Virus record (IMG/VR): IMGVR_UViG_3300045988_179268
Span: 32,001-96,000 of that record
Source of the DNA: a virus
Reading direction: 5' to 3' (one strand)
Length of the DNA: 64,000 nt
A program made the translations under genes and the position numbers. Positions 8,372-18,015 of this stretch are shown piece after piece. The first letter of the stretch is position 1. Each line of letters begins with the position of its first letter. A model generated the notes under the pieces. It was not told the DNA's origin and made no database searches. It saw only the letters and a list, made by a program, of their open reading frames with translations.

Positions 8372-10411
8372 ATGACAAAAGGTAAGAAGGGTGCGCAGGA
8401 AGCGCTCACAGCCTCAGAGAAGCCGAAACTGCCTCTCCTGGCTGAGGTGGAAGACCTTAACTTTGAAGAGGCTTACAGTCGTCTTGTAGGCACTGATGAT
8501 AAGGGTGAACTTTACCTTGGTTTTGCTAATGCGTTAGAAGCGGCTACTAGTGCTACAGGTACAAGCCAGTTTGAAGCGCTGGTACGTATCCTTGTAGGTG
8601 AGAACGTCTTCATTGCCGGTGGGCCTGGCACAGGTAAGAGTTCCATTGTTCATTTGGCGTGCCGTGTTTTCGATATGCACGGTGTCGAGTATGAAGTCGC
8701 CGCTTCCACGGGCGCGGCGGCAGAAAACATTAAGGGCGTGACTATCCACAGCCTGTTTGGTGTAGATAAAAATAAGCATTGGGATAGTGAAGGTCGCGCT
8801 TCCTACATGTTCCATAAGTCGGAGCGTTTACGCCAGATTGATACGCTCATCATTGATGAGGTTTCAATGGTGTATGGACAGCTGTGGCAAGAGATGGATG
8901 AATATCTTCGCCGTATCCGCAAAAGCGATAAAGCTTTTGGTGGAATCCAAATTATTGCAGTGGGCGACTTTAACCAGTTGAACGCTGTGCCTGACCGAGA
9001 CTTTGAGCATCAACACTATTCCGGTTTCCCGTTTACCACTCCTGCGTGGGCTGATGCTCATTTTAGGTATTGTTTCTTGACTGAGGCTCACCGTGCAACA
9101 GACCCCGAGTTGGTGCGTATCATTAAGCACATGTCTGCTAACGCTTTAACTCCTCAGGATTTTGAGAGTTTGGCGAAGCGTTCAATTACGCAGGAGGAAG
9201 CGGATGCTCTTGACCGAGAGAATGGCGCTGATGCTGAGCCTACTATCCGAATTTACACTCGCAACATGGAGGTTGCTCAGCATAACGCGAAACGTATCGC
9301 TGAGCTTGACGGCGACTCTTTGATGTTTGAGTCTGAGGCTAAGCTACTAACTCTTGAAGACACGCTTACCCCAACTCAGCTTGCTCAGTGGAAAGCCGTG
9401 AAGAGTAGGGCGGCTAATGAGATTGAGCTTAAGATTGGCACTAAGGTTGTCGCTGATATGCCGACTATGGCGTACCGTGGTGGCAGTGCAGACGATAAGA
9501 ACATTAAGAAGAACTTTTGGGTTGGCGACGAGAGTACCAAGATTTCTAATGGTTCGATGGGGTATGTTCGAGCGTTTTCCACGATTGAAGGCGATGGCTA
9601 CTATACGTCTGTAGATGAGATTCCTGAGGATATTGACGTTTTCCCTGTTGTCCAGTTTGGTAGCGGTCTTTACCTTGTCCCGAACGTCGATAGCACGATT
9701 GAACGTCCTGTTCAGAAAGATGACGGCAAGTGGGTTAGTTCGCCTTATGTCCATAGTTCCATGTTCCCGTTAAAACCGGGTTACGCGATTACAGTTCATA
9801 AGTCTCAGGGGCAGACGTATGACGGCGCTGTTCTGGATTTAAGTTCCTCTTTTACGGAGGGTTTGGGGTATGTGGCTCTTTCGCGCGTGCGCCGTCTGGA
9901 TACGGCTTACATTTTGGGCTCTAACCCAAAGTCGTGGCAGGTTGATGAAGAGTCGGTTTCTATCATGGCTTCCATTACGGCGTGGGCGGCTGAGGACACT
10001 AAGGTTTTCCGTGAGCAAATCACTGATTACGATGACGCTTACAAGGCTTTCGTGTTTTTGGGCAAAAAGAACAATGCGGTCTTATCTGAGGTTCCAGACC
10101 GCATCCTTGTAGCAACACCTAATTCTAAGACAGCTTCTTTGGCGTTAAGCACAGGTGGTTCCACTCCAACAGGTTCCAGCAGTGATACAGGGCTTTCTGG
10201 AACCCCTGTATCCCGTGATTCCTTAAAGCGAGGTTGGATTGTATGCCAGAGACTAGAGCCTCTACATACGTCCACTGCGCCTGATGCGCGTTCTTCCGTG
10301 CCAGCTTTTGAAGATAGGATGGCGCATATCAAGGCGACCGGCGACGCGGATGCTATGGTGGCGCTTATGGTGGACATGATGGAAGAGTATGCTAATTTAG
10401 CTGGGCTTTAA
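8372..10411 (+). CDS. PIF1/RecD-family SF1 helicase
   Basis: Walker A GGPGTGKSS, Walker B LIIDEVSMV, VGDFNQL, YAITVHKSQGQTYDGAVLDL and GYVALSRVRRLD. Confidence 0.8.
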   Translation: MTKGKKGAQEALTASEKPKLPLLAEVEDLNFEEAYSRLVGTDDKGELYLGFANALEAATSATGTSQFEALVRILVGENVFIAGGPGTGKSSIVHLACRVFDMHGVEYEVAASTGAAAENIKGVTIHSLFGVDKNKHWDSEGRASYMFHKSERLRQIDTLIIDEVSMVYGQLWQEMDEYLRRIRKSDKAFGGIQIIAVGDFNQLNAVPDRDFEHQHYSGFPFTTPAWADAHFRYCFLTEAHRATDPELVRIIKHMSANALTPQDFESLAKRSITQEEADALDRENGADAEPTIRIYTRNMEVAQHNAKRIAELDGDSLMFESEAKLLTLEDTLTPTQLAQWKAVKSRAANEIELKIGTKVVADMPTMAYRGGSADDKNIKKNFWVGDESTKISNGSMGYVRAFSTIEGDGYYTSVDEIPEDIDVFPVVQFGSGLYLVPNVDSTIERPVQKDDGKWVSSPYVHSSMFPLKPGYAITVHKSQGQTYDGAVLDLSSSFTEGLGYVALSRVRRLDTAYILGSNPKSWQVDEESVSIMASITAWAAEDTKVFREQITDYDDAYKAFVFLGKKNNAVLSEVPDRILVATPNSKTASLALSTGGSTPTGSSSDTGLSGTPVSRDSLKRGWIVCQRLEPLHTSTAPDARSSVPAFEDRMAHIKATGDADAMVALMVDMMEEYANLAGL

Positions 10412-10510
10412 GGCTGTATTGCGCGCCCTTTGAAAGTTGTGGTATAGTTGGTGTATCCCCTGATTCGAGAGGGGCGCACCAACTATTTCCATTTCAATCA
10501 AGGAGGACAA

Positions 10511-10756
10511 ATGACCCCTAACGCAACCTATCATGACATTAAGACCCATCTGGCTAAGCCTAACGAAATCGAGGCTGTAACCAGCATTGAGGCAAGTAAT
10601 AAGGATTATGTAATTCAGAAGAACGCAAAGAACTTCCTTAAGTCCGGCAAGGAATACGTGAAGCTTTTTGAGGAAGTTCAGGAGAACATGGATAAGCTTA
10701 CCCCTGAGATGTGTGCTGAGATTAAGGCTATTATCGGTCTGGTTCGCGCTTTCTAG
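10511..10756 (+). CDS. Small hypothetical protein (81 aa)
   Basis: ATG preceded by CAAGGAGGACAA inside ORF 10448..10756. Confidence 0.4.
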   Translation: MTPNATYHDIKTHLAKPNEIEAVTSIEASNKDYVIQKNAKNFLKSGKEYVKLFEEVQENMDKLTPEMCAEIKAIIGLVRAF

Positions 10757-10833
10757 CATGGCTTGCCATTTGGTATAATTTTGAACGGGCACCAGTAGGT
10801 GTCCGTTCTTTCCGTCTTTAAAGGGGTTGTACC

Positions 10834-12093
10834 TTGTTCACTGTAGCTCATCTGTCAGACCTGCATCTAGGCTACCGCGATAACGCTTCGCTTAACCGAC
10901 TAGGGGTAGACCCCATTGATGGAGAACTTATTCCTGTTCGTGAGCTTGATGGGTATCTCGCGTGGGAGGAGGCTATTGATGGGATTATTGCTGACGAAGC
11001 AGATGCTGTAGTTATTGCGGGAGATATTGGTCATGAACCTAACCCGTCAAATCGTGCTAGACTTCACATGCAGTTGGGGTTAATGCGCCTCGCTGAGGCA
11101 GGAATCCCTGTCCACAATATTACGGGCAACCATGACACTAATGACGTTAAAGGGGACATTGCTTTTACAGCTTTGTTACATAGACCTGATGCAGGAATCT
11201 ATTCCCACGCAAATCCCTACCAGATGTATAAGCTGAACGACGACATTGCGTTACATATGGTGAGTCACCACATGTACACAGAGAATGTTGATGTCATGAA
11301 GCAGGTCAATCCAGTTAAGGGCGCTATCAACATTCTTACCACACATGGTTCTCTGATTGACCCGCTTCTCAAAGAGCGTATCCGTGTTAATGATACTGTG
11401 CGCGAAGTCGTCATCCCTGATTCTTTCCTTTATGCTGATTGGGATGCCATGATGCTTGGGCATATCCATGAGCGAGGTTTTGTTGGAGATGAGAGTAACG
11501 GTATCTTTTACAATGGTTCACTTATTAGGCGCGGCTTTTCTGACGCTAAGGGCGCTTTAGGGCGTGGCTACACGCTATGGCATATTGCCCCTGACGGGTC
11601 TGTGACCCGAGAGATGAAGTCCGTGAGGCAACGTCCACAGGAAGACCTACCGCCGATTTACGCCGAGGGGATGGACTCAGCAACTCTCACAGAGGCTATC
11701 CTTTCCAACCTCCCAGATTTAGCGGACGGCGTTGAGTATAACCAGGATGATGCACCTATCCTGCGTCAGAGGGTTTTTGGTGCCACGCCATCAGTTTTTG
11801 CTACCCGCGACCAAGCACTTATTGATGATGCCGCCCGTTTTGCGCTATCATATAATCTTGCGCCTCGCGCTTCTAAAGAAGAGAAACCCGATACATCTAC
11901 ATCTGAGGATGCTGTCGAAATTCCGCAGATTCAGACTGGAGGGCTAGGCGCTGTCTACAACTCATGGACAGAACGCTCTGAAACACTGAACAGTATTACA
12001 GACCCGGAAGTTCGACAGAGGGTCACTAGCCTAGCCGAGTCTTATTTGAAGCGCGGCGAGGAGCGTGTCTTCGAGAAGAGCGTTTCCAACTAA
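10834..12093 (+). CDS. sbcD: SbcD/Mre11-like nuclease (calcineurin-like phosphoesterase)
   Basis: HLSDLHLG, AGDIGHEP, GNHD, GHIHERG in canonical order. No adjacent SbcC/Rad50. Confidence 0.7.
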   Translation: MFTVAHLSDLHLGYRDNASLNRLGVDPIDGELIPVRELDGYLAWEEAIDGIIADEADAVVIAGDIGHEPNPSNRARLHMQLGLMRLAEAGIPVHNITGNHDTNDVKGDIAFTALLHRPDAGIYSHANPYQMYKLNDDIALHMVSHHMYTENVDVMKQVNPVKGAINILTTHGSLIDPLLKERIRVNDTVREVVIPDSFLYADWDAMMLGHIHERGFVGDESNGIFYNGSLIRRGFSDAKGALGRGYTLWHIAPDGSVTREMKSVRQRPQEDLPPIYAEGMDSATLTEAILSNLPDLADGVEYNQDDAPILRQRVFGATPSVFATRDQALIDDAARFALSYNLAPRASKEEKPDTSTSEDAVEIPQIQTGGLGAVYNSWTERSETLNSITDPEVRQRVTSLAESYLKRGEERVFEKSVSN

Positions 12094-12133
12094 CTTTATA
12101 ACCACTTAACATTTAACGAGGAGAATTAACTTT

Positions 12134-12973
12134 ATGGACAACTTTTTCGATTACCTATTCGAGGACTTCTATAGCCACCTGGAAGCCTCTACTCGCATTG
12201 CATTTGCGGGTGACTGGCATATGAATCTGGAGCGAGTGGACAAGGTTCTTGATAGAGTAGAACGAATGGGTGCAGATGTCGTTCTGCATGTTGGGGATTT
12301 TGGGTATTTCCCTGCCCTTGAAGACTATGACGCTTTCATTTCCAGGGTAACTGCCCGCGCCAAGCTTCATAATTATTTCATTGTTTTCATTGAGGGTAAC
12401 CATGAGCAGTACACTAATAGCCGGTACCCCCGCTGGCAGAGTGAGACTGTTCTGACACGTGATGGGTTGAACACGCTTCGCAATAAAGCAGATGAGAATG
12501 GTTTCGTCTTAGTATCGCCCCGTGTTCTGTGGGCGACTCGCGGAGCAACCGCAAAAATTGGAACCGCTGGGGGTAAGCGCGGTGTAAGCTTCATTGGATG
12601 TGGTGGCGCAGGAAGTATCAACCGTGAGTTTGAGCAGATGCGGCGCTTCTGGTCACCTGATGAGCGTGTCACCGCTGATGACGTAGCGGCTGTCAAGCGT
12701 GGCGCTGAGCGTCTGGATGGCATTGTGGACATTATGCTGACTCATGATGCCCCTAGCGGCGCACCTGTGCCCAAGAGTCGCATTAAAGGCTCCCTGGATA
12801 AGGTTCAGGCGCATGTCCTTAAGGAAGCAGAGGAGACTCGCAAGAACATTGCTGAGGCTGTCTCTGTCGCGAAACCCTCCGTGCTATTTCACGGGCATTG
12901 GCATGTGCGTAACAACGGAACTAATGTCCCTATCGACACTAATTCTGGTCGCACAGTAATCCCTTCGGTTTAG
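12134..12973 (+). CDS. Metallophosphoesterase
   Basis: FAGDWHMN, HVGDFG, EGNHE, LTHDAP, HGHWH motifs. Possible frameshifted 3' extension (see findings). Confidence 0.7.
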   Translation: MDNFFDYLFEDFYSHLEASTRIAFAGDWHMNLERVDKVLDRVERMGADVVLHVGDFGYFPALEDYDAFISRVTARAKLHNYFIVFIEGNHEQYTNSRYPRWQSETVLTRDGLNTLRNKADENGFVLVSPRVLWATRGATAKIGTAGGKRGVSFIGCGGAGSINREFEQMRRFWSPDERVTADDVAAVKRGAERLDGIVDIMLTHDAPSGAPVPKSRIKGSLDKVQAHVLKEAEETRKNIAEAVSVAKPSVLFHGHWHVRNNGTNVPIDTNSGRTVIPSV

Positions 12974-13122
12974 TCTCTTGGGGATGAGTTGCGTGCAGGA
13001 GACAACCTTTGTTTTACTGATACGCATCTGTGGGACTGCGATGCAGATGAGTTAAACAAGCGCCTTATTCAAGGCGATTTGTGGGTCTAATAATGGTAAT
13101 CTGAACTTTAAGGTTTTAAGCT

Positions 13123-13272
13123 ATGTCTCTTAAGAATATGTACGCTTATTTAGGTAAGCTTCTTTGCCGTGTTGGTGCTCACCATTGGGATGGTTGCGCT
13201 TTCGCTTACGCATCACAATGTGAGCGTTGCTTCAAACTATCGCCTGGTAGTGAGAAGCATTTTAAATCTTGA
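13123..13272 (+). CDS. Possible Cys/His-rich micro-protein (49 aa)
   Basis: ATG ORF MSLKNMYAYLGKLLCRVGAHHWDGCAFAYASQCERCFKLSPGSEKHFKS in an otherwise empty gap. Weak SD (AAGG). Confidence 0.25.
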   Translation: MSLKNMYAYLGKLLCRVGAHHWDGCAFAYASQCERCFKLSPGSEKHFKS

Positions 13273-13310
13273 TTTGTCAGACTTGACGTTGTTGAATAAA
13301 GGAAGTTTTT

Positions 13311-13865
13311 ATGTCTAAGCCACTTATCCCTGCTTTGCCGAAAAAGATTCGCCCTGATGAGGAGTTTGAATCACGTGCTTTACGTCAGTTCCACGATGTT
13401 TTTGGGCACCGAAACGGCTTCACTGACCCGCTGGACATGGATAGTTTGGAGGGGAAGAAAGAGCTTGTTCGACGCTTCAACTTCTTAGGTGAGGAGTTTG
13501 CGGAGCTTGGAGGGGCTATTTTTGATGAAGTTGATAGGCTGTTCCTTATGGCGGCTATTAACTTCGTCATTAGCCGTCACCGCGTCGAAGACCTAAAGGT
13601 GGATAAGGTGGAAGTTATTGACGCTTTGGGCGACATTCGTTATATTGACAGTGGTATGTTTGTATGCTTCGGCATTCCTCTAGAGTATGCCGCCCGTGAA
13701 ATCCATGCTTCCAATATGTCTAAATTAGGTTCAGATGGTAAGCCCATTTACAGGGAGGACGGTAAAATCCTCAAGGGTGAAAATTACGTCCCCCCGAACC
13801 TCGCGCCTTTACTAGAAGGCAAGACTACAGAGAACATGGAGAACTGGGTGACCGATGATGAGTAA
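13311..13865 (+). CDS. MazG-like nucleotide pyrophosphohydrolase
   Basis: EEFAELGGAI, DALGDIRYIDSG and HASNMSKLGSDGKPIYREDGKILKGENYVPP are typical of phage MazG-like proteins. Confidence 0.65.
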   Translation: MSKPLIPALPKKIRPDEEFESRALRQFHDVFGHRNGFTDPLDMDSLEGKKELVRRFNFLGEEFAELGGAIFDEVDRLFLMAAINFVISRHRVEDLKVDKVEVIDALGDIRYIDSGMFVCFGIPLEYAAREIHASNMSKLGSDGKPIYREDGKILKGENYVPPNLAPLLEGKTTENMENWVTDDE

Positions 13866-15069
13866 GTCTGGTAATGATTCACCCGTGGAGAGCGTTGATG
13901 CCTCTGAGGGGGTTAAGAAATCCTTTAAGGAGCGCCTGCTAAGCTTCGCAGGTAAAGCCAAGGGCGGAGCGGTTAGTTTCCTTGAGGGGTCTTATGGGCG
14001 TTTAGCACTGCCCGCTGTAAGCATTACGCTGTTCTTGTCTTTAATTTCCCCACTAATGCCAGGTATGGCTTGGTGGGCACCTTGGCTTTGGTTCTTCACG
14101 TCAGCGGGGTTCCTTTTCATACTGAGCCGTTCCATAGTAGTTATTAAAGTGTTAGTTACTTTAGCTATTATTGGCTATTGTATGGTGACAATGCACGATG
14201 TGGCTATTTATGCTTCACCGTATAGTGGCTGGGAGTTCTTTGCCGGGTTTTCACCGCTTCTTGGATTAGGAATATCTCTTACGTTGTCCATGTTTGGGAC
14301 TTACGGGATTTCCCGGTGGACTCATCAGCCTCTAGTGGCTATTTTGGCAACTACGGCGGGTGTTATTGTCACGGCGGCGACACTGAATCCTGCTTTGGGT
14401 GGAGCTGTCCTAATGGGCATTTCAGTTCTTACCTCATCCCTATGGTATAGGTATGGCATTAAGATGTTCTATTGGCGTTCTAAAATGCCTTTATTCGTCA
14501 AGCCGAAGCATCTTGAAGCCAAGCTTAAGCGGGAAGCGGCTATAATTAATGACCCGAAAAACAGTAAGACGAAGTATGACTCAGAGTGGTTCTACTACCC
14601 GTATGTAGCGCCTCGTAGTGGTGCGCCGTCACCTGTTTTCGTTATTGGCGACCGTGCTTATTTATTTTTCCCCGTTAGTCTTACAGCGCCTTTTGTTTTG
14701 GAAGAAAAGACGGGTCTTTTTGGGGATAAGGTGAAGTCACGTAAGCTGACGTATAAGGGGAAGCCTGTTGAGCCGTGGCTTTTTGATAAAGTGATTTCCA
14801 GGACACCTCCTGGTGTTATCCCTGTGCTTATGGATGTGCAGAATGCTTGTCCGCCGGATAAACGCAATATTACTTTAGCTATTCCTGATTCGCCTTTGAA
14901 CTCTGCCGGTGAACCTATCCGCTATCTTGAGGTTGGTATTATCAACGCCCGTGAGGTTAATAGTGCGGCAAAGGAACTTCATATCGTTAAACGTGCTGAA
15001 GCTATTTACCATTCGAAGCCGACTTTGGACGAAAAAACGCAGGCTCGTTTGAAGCGTTTAAAAATTTAA
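13855..15069 (+). CDS. Polytopic membrane protein with soluble C-terminal domain, unknown function
   Basis: Start overlaps the MazG stop. Multiple hydrophobic helices in the first ~200 aa. Confidence 0.6.
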   Translation: MMSKSGNDSPVESVDASEGVKKSFKERLLSFAGKAKGGAVSFLEGSYGRLALPAVSITLFLSLISPLMPGMAWWAPWLWFFTSAGFLFILSRSIVVIKVLVTLAIIGYCMVTMHDVAIYASPYSGWEFFAGFSPLLGLGISLTLSMFGTYGISRWTHQPLVAILATTAGVIVTAATLNPALGGAVLMGISVLTSSLWYRYGIKMFYWRSKMPLFVKPKHLEAKLKREAAIINDPKNSKTKYDSEWFYYPYVAPRSGAPSPVFVIGDRAYLFFPVSLTAPFVLEEKTGLFGDKVKSRKLTYKGKPVEPWLFDKVISRTPPGVIPVLMDVQNACPPDKRNITLAIPDSPLNSAGEPIRYLEVGIINAREVNSAAKELHIVKRAEAIYHSKPTLDEKTQARLKRLKI

Positions 15070-15249
15070 TACCCTTTTTCGCTTTGGTGCGGCACCAGAT
15101 GCATGTGCTATTATTGCTAATGTTGGAAGACATGGTACTACCTCCTTTCTTCTAGTGTTAAGTGATTAAGTGGTTAAGAGAGGGCACGTTCCATCATCTT
15201 TTGGGGCGTGTCCTCTCTTATGCTATCTGAGAGAGTATAGGACGATTAC

Positions 15250-16761
15250 TTGATTTCTCCTGAATCATTCGTGAACCTACATACCCACTCAACGTACTCG
15301 ACGTTGGATGGGTTTTCTAGCGTTAGTGAGTACATTAGTCGTGCCGTAGAGGTTGGACAGACCGCTTTAGGTATCACTGACCACGGCAATATGCATGGGA
15401 TTTATGAGCTAATTACTGGGTGCCAGAAAGCTGGGATTACACCTGTTCCAGGTTGCGAGTTTTATGTTGCGCCGCTGAATCCTGATGGTGCTAAGGTTCA
15501 GTCACCCGTTTACTATGGTGAGCCTGGCGCTGATGGTGATGTTTCAGGTAGAGGCAATTATTTGCATTTAACGATGTGGGCTGTCAATGATGAGGGTCTA
15601 CGTAACATGTTTGAGTTGCAGATGTTGGCTTCTTCCCCGGAGCATAAACGTGCAGGGTACCCACGTATTGATTTAGATATGATGCGTGAACATTCCGCAG
15701 GTGTTGTTGTCTCGACGGGCTGTCCGTCAGGTGAGATTTCCACCCGATTCCGCTTAGGTCAAGATGCTGAGGCATATAAGTATGCCGAAACTCTGGTTAG
15801 TATCTATGGGAAAGATAACGTGTTTGTCGAAGTTATGAACCATAACATGACTTCTGACCTTGAACGCGATTTGCTGATGAAGCAGATTAAACTGGCTGAG
15901 ACGCTAGGGTTAAGACTTTTAGCTACGAATGATTGCCATTATGCGCATCATTCTGATGCCCCGCATCATGAGGAGATGCTGGCTATTGGTACTGGTTCCA
16001 CTATGAATGATTTGCCTAAGGAACAAGGTGGGCGAAGGTTCTGCTTTGACGGTGACCAGTATTTCTTGAAGACTGCTGAACAGATGTTAGAGCTTTTCCC
16101 TGAGGATGTTTACCCTGGTGCTGTAACAAATACAGCAGTTCTGGCAGATATGGTGGAGGATTTCTCATTATTTGAGTACAGGTCTGACTTGCGACCCATC
16201 CCGCATATTCCAGCTGACGAAACAGAGGAAAGTTATCTGCGTAGAGTTGTCACGTCTCTTGCGTATGAGCAGTTCCACGATGATGAGGTGAAGTATCGGG
16301 CTGTACTTGATAGGGCGGCTAAAGAGCTTGATGTTCTAGCGTCAGCGAACTATTGCGGTTACATGCTTATTGTTGCTGAGTACGTGAATTGGTTCAGGGA
16401 TAGTTTCAGTGTTCGTAACAGCTCAGGCGACGTTGTGATGAGTGCTGTTGGTATTGCTCGTGGCTCGGCGGGCGGCTCTATTGTTGCTTATTTGTTGGGT
16501 ATTACAGATATTGACCCTATCGAGTACGGGTTGTTTTTTGAGCGTTTCATTTCGGCGGGACGTGTAGACCAGGCTGAAATTTCGGTAGGTGATGGCGCGT
16601 CTGTCGTCCTTCCAGTCTCGGAGAAGGTCAAAGTTCTTACCGAAGATGGGGTTGAGGTTGAGAAGTATATTCACCAGGTAGCAGAAGGTGACTGGGTTTT
16701 GGTTGAACCTGATACGCCTATCGGCAATATTTTTAGCAGTCCCGTTCCGGCTGAGGTCTAG
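15250..16761 (+). CDS. dnaE: DNA polymerase III alpha (DnaE), N-terminal piece: PHP domain and first part of palm
   Basis: FVNLHTHSTYSTLDG, ITDHGNMHG, GCEFY, GSAGGSIVAYLLGITDIDPIEYGLFFERFIS. Ends before the PDxDxDF catalytic motif, with a 65-aa non-DnaE tail. Confidence 0.85.
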   Translation: MISPESFVNLHTHSTYSTLDGFSSVSEYISRAVEVGQTALGITDHGNMHGIYELITGCQKAGITPVPGCEFYVAPLNPDGAKVQSPVYYGEPGADGDVSGRGNYLHLTMWAVNDEGLRNMFELQMLASSPEHKRAGYPRIDLDMMREHSAGVVVSTGCPSGEISTRFRLGQDAEAYKYAETLVSIYGKDNVFVEVMNHNMTSDLERDLLMKQIKLAETLGLRLLATNDCHYAHHSDAPHHEEMLAIGTGSTMNDLPKEQGGRRFCFDGDQYFLKTAEQMLELFPEDVYPGAVTNTAVLADMVEDFSLFEYRSDLRPIPHIPADETEESYLRRVVTSLAYEQFHDDEVKYRAVLDRAAKELDVLASANYCGYMLIVAEYVNWFRDSFSVRNSSGDVVMSAVGIARGSAGGSIVAYLLGITDIDPIEYGLFFERFISAGRVDQAEISVGDGASVVLPVSEKVKVLTEDGVEVEKYIHQVAEGDWVLVEPDTPIGNIFSSPVPAEV

Positions 16762-16782
16762 TTTTTAAAGGCGGTTTTAGGT

Positions 16783-18012
16783 ATGAGTGAAGAAGTTGTA
16801 GAAGAAGTTGCTGTTTCAGTTGTTGAGGAGGCAGATTCCGTTGAGCCTACTCAAGCTCAGCCCACAGAGTACGTTGAGTTTCACAGGAAATATCAGCCGC
16901 GTGTCTGGGATGACTTTATTGGGCAGGAGCATATTGTTGCGCCGTTAAAGCGTGACATTATCGAGAACCGCCGTGTCCAGGGTCGCCTATTTCGTGGCGC
17001 GGCTGGAACTGGTAAGTCTAGCATGGTGAAGGTTTTCACTAAGGCGATGAATTGTGAGGGTCGCCCTGCTGATTCTGCTGACCCGTGCCTTGTGTGTGAT
17101 TCGTGTGTCCGTTTTGATGCGGAGGAGAATGGCGGAATGTATTATTTCGTTGGTTCCGTCACAAGTGGTGTAGATGATGTTCGTGCTATCGTTAATGCTG
17201 GTCGTGTTAAGCAGATGATGAAAGCGCCATACATCATTATGGATGAGTGTCACGCTCTGTCGAAGTTTGCCTGGGATGCGTTTTTGGCATACCTGGAAAA
17301 TAAGGACGACATGGATAGTGTTCCTATTATTTTCTGTACCACGGAGGCGGGCGGCATTAAAGCCTCTATTTCAACCCGTGTCCAAGAGTATAAGTTCAGG
17401 AATATCCCTGTCCCTGTTTTGGAGCAGTATGTTAAGGATATTGCTAGGCGTGAGGGTGTGGAAATCACCGACAATGGTGCTTCTTGGTGTGCTCGTGCCG
17501 CCCAGGGTTCAGCCCGTGGCGCGCTAAAGCGTTTAGAAGAGTATCTGCGTAACCCTGACCTTTACTCTGTTGATGAGTCATTCGCCACAGTCCTCATGAG
17601 AGAGTTCATCCTTGGCGATGTACCTAAGCTTCATAAAGCTTTGGAGTCCGTCAAGCAGATTGACTCAGCCTTACGTGACGGCACAGAGCTTGCGATGAAC
17701 CAGCTGAGGCATTACATTGCGCGGCAGAATAAGGCTACGGTCAGTCTAGGAGATTTGCCTTTTGCCGACTTACCTAAGCAGAACGTAGGTTTGTCTATGA
17801 TGGAGCAGAATCTACCGTCTGATAAGGCAATGAAAGTACTTAAACTTATGGCAGAGACTTTCCACGGATTCTGGAATACTACCGACGAGAATATTATCTT
17901 CGAAATTCTTTGGCTAGACCTTACGGTAAGGATGCATGAACTGCTGGAAGATAGGCGCGCGAAGCAAAAAGAGCTTGAGCTACATCAGAATAATTCACAG
18001 GGGCGGAAGTAA
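16783..18012 (+). CDS. dnaX: DnaX (tau/gamma)-like AAA+ clamp-loader subunit
   Basis: FIGQEHIV, Walker A GAAGTGKSS, Zn module CLVCDSCVRF, Walker B IIMDECHAL, SRVQEYKF sensor. Confidence 0.75.
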   Translation: MSEEVVEEVAVSVVEEADSVEPTQAQPTEYVEFHRKYQPRVWDDFIGQEHIVAPLKRDIIENRRVQGRLFRGAAGTGKSSMVKVFTKAMNCEGRPADSADPCLVCDSCVRFDAEENGGMYYFVGSVTSGVDDVRAIVNAGRVKQMMKAPYIIMDECHALSKFAWDAFLAYLENKDDMDSVPIIFCTTEAGGIKASISTRVQEYKFRNIPVPVLEQYVKDIARREGVEITDNGASWCARAAQGSARGALKRLEEYLRNPDLYSVDESFATVLMREFILGDVPKLHKALESVKQIDSALRDGTELAMNQLRHYIARQNKATVSLGDLPFADLPKQNVGLSMMEQNLPSDKAMKVLKLMAETFHGFWNTTDENIIFEILWLDLTVRMHELLEDRRAKQKELELHQNNSQGRK

Positions 18013-18015
18013 TTC

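Noticed and set aside
17960-17975. A-run (GCAAAAAGAG) near the 3' end of dnaX as a possible tau/gamma -1 frameshift site
   Set aside because: It has only five A residues, is not an A-AAA-AAG heptamer in register, and lies about 12 codons before the natural stop, so it could not create a meaningful shorter product.
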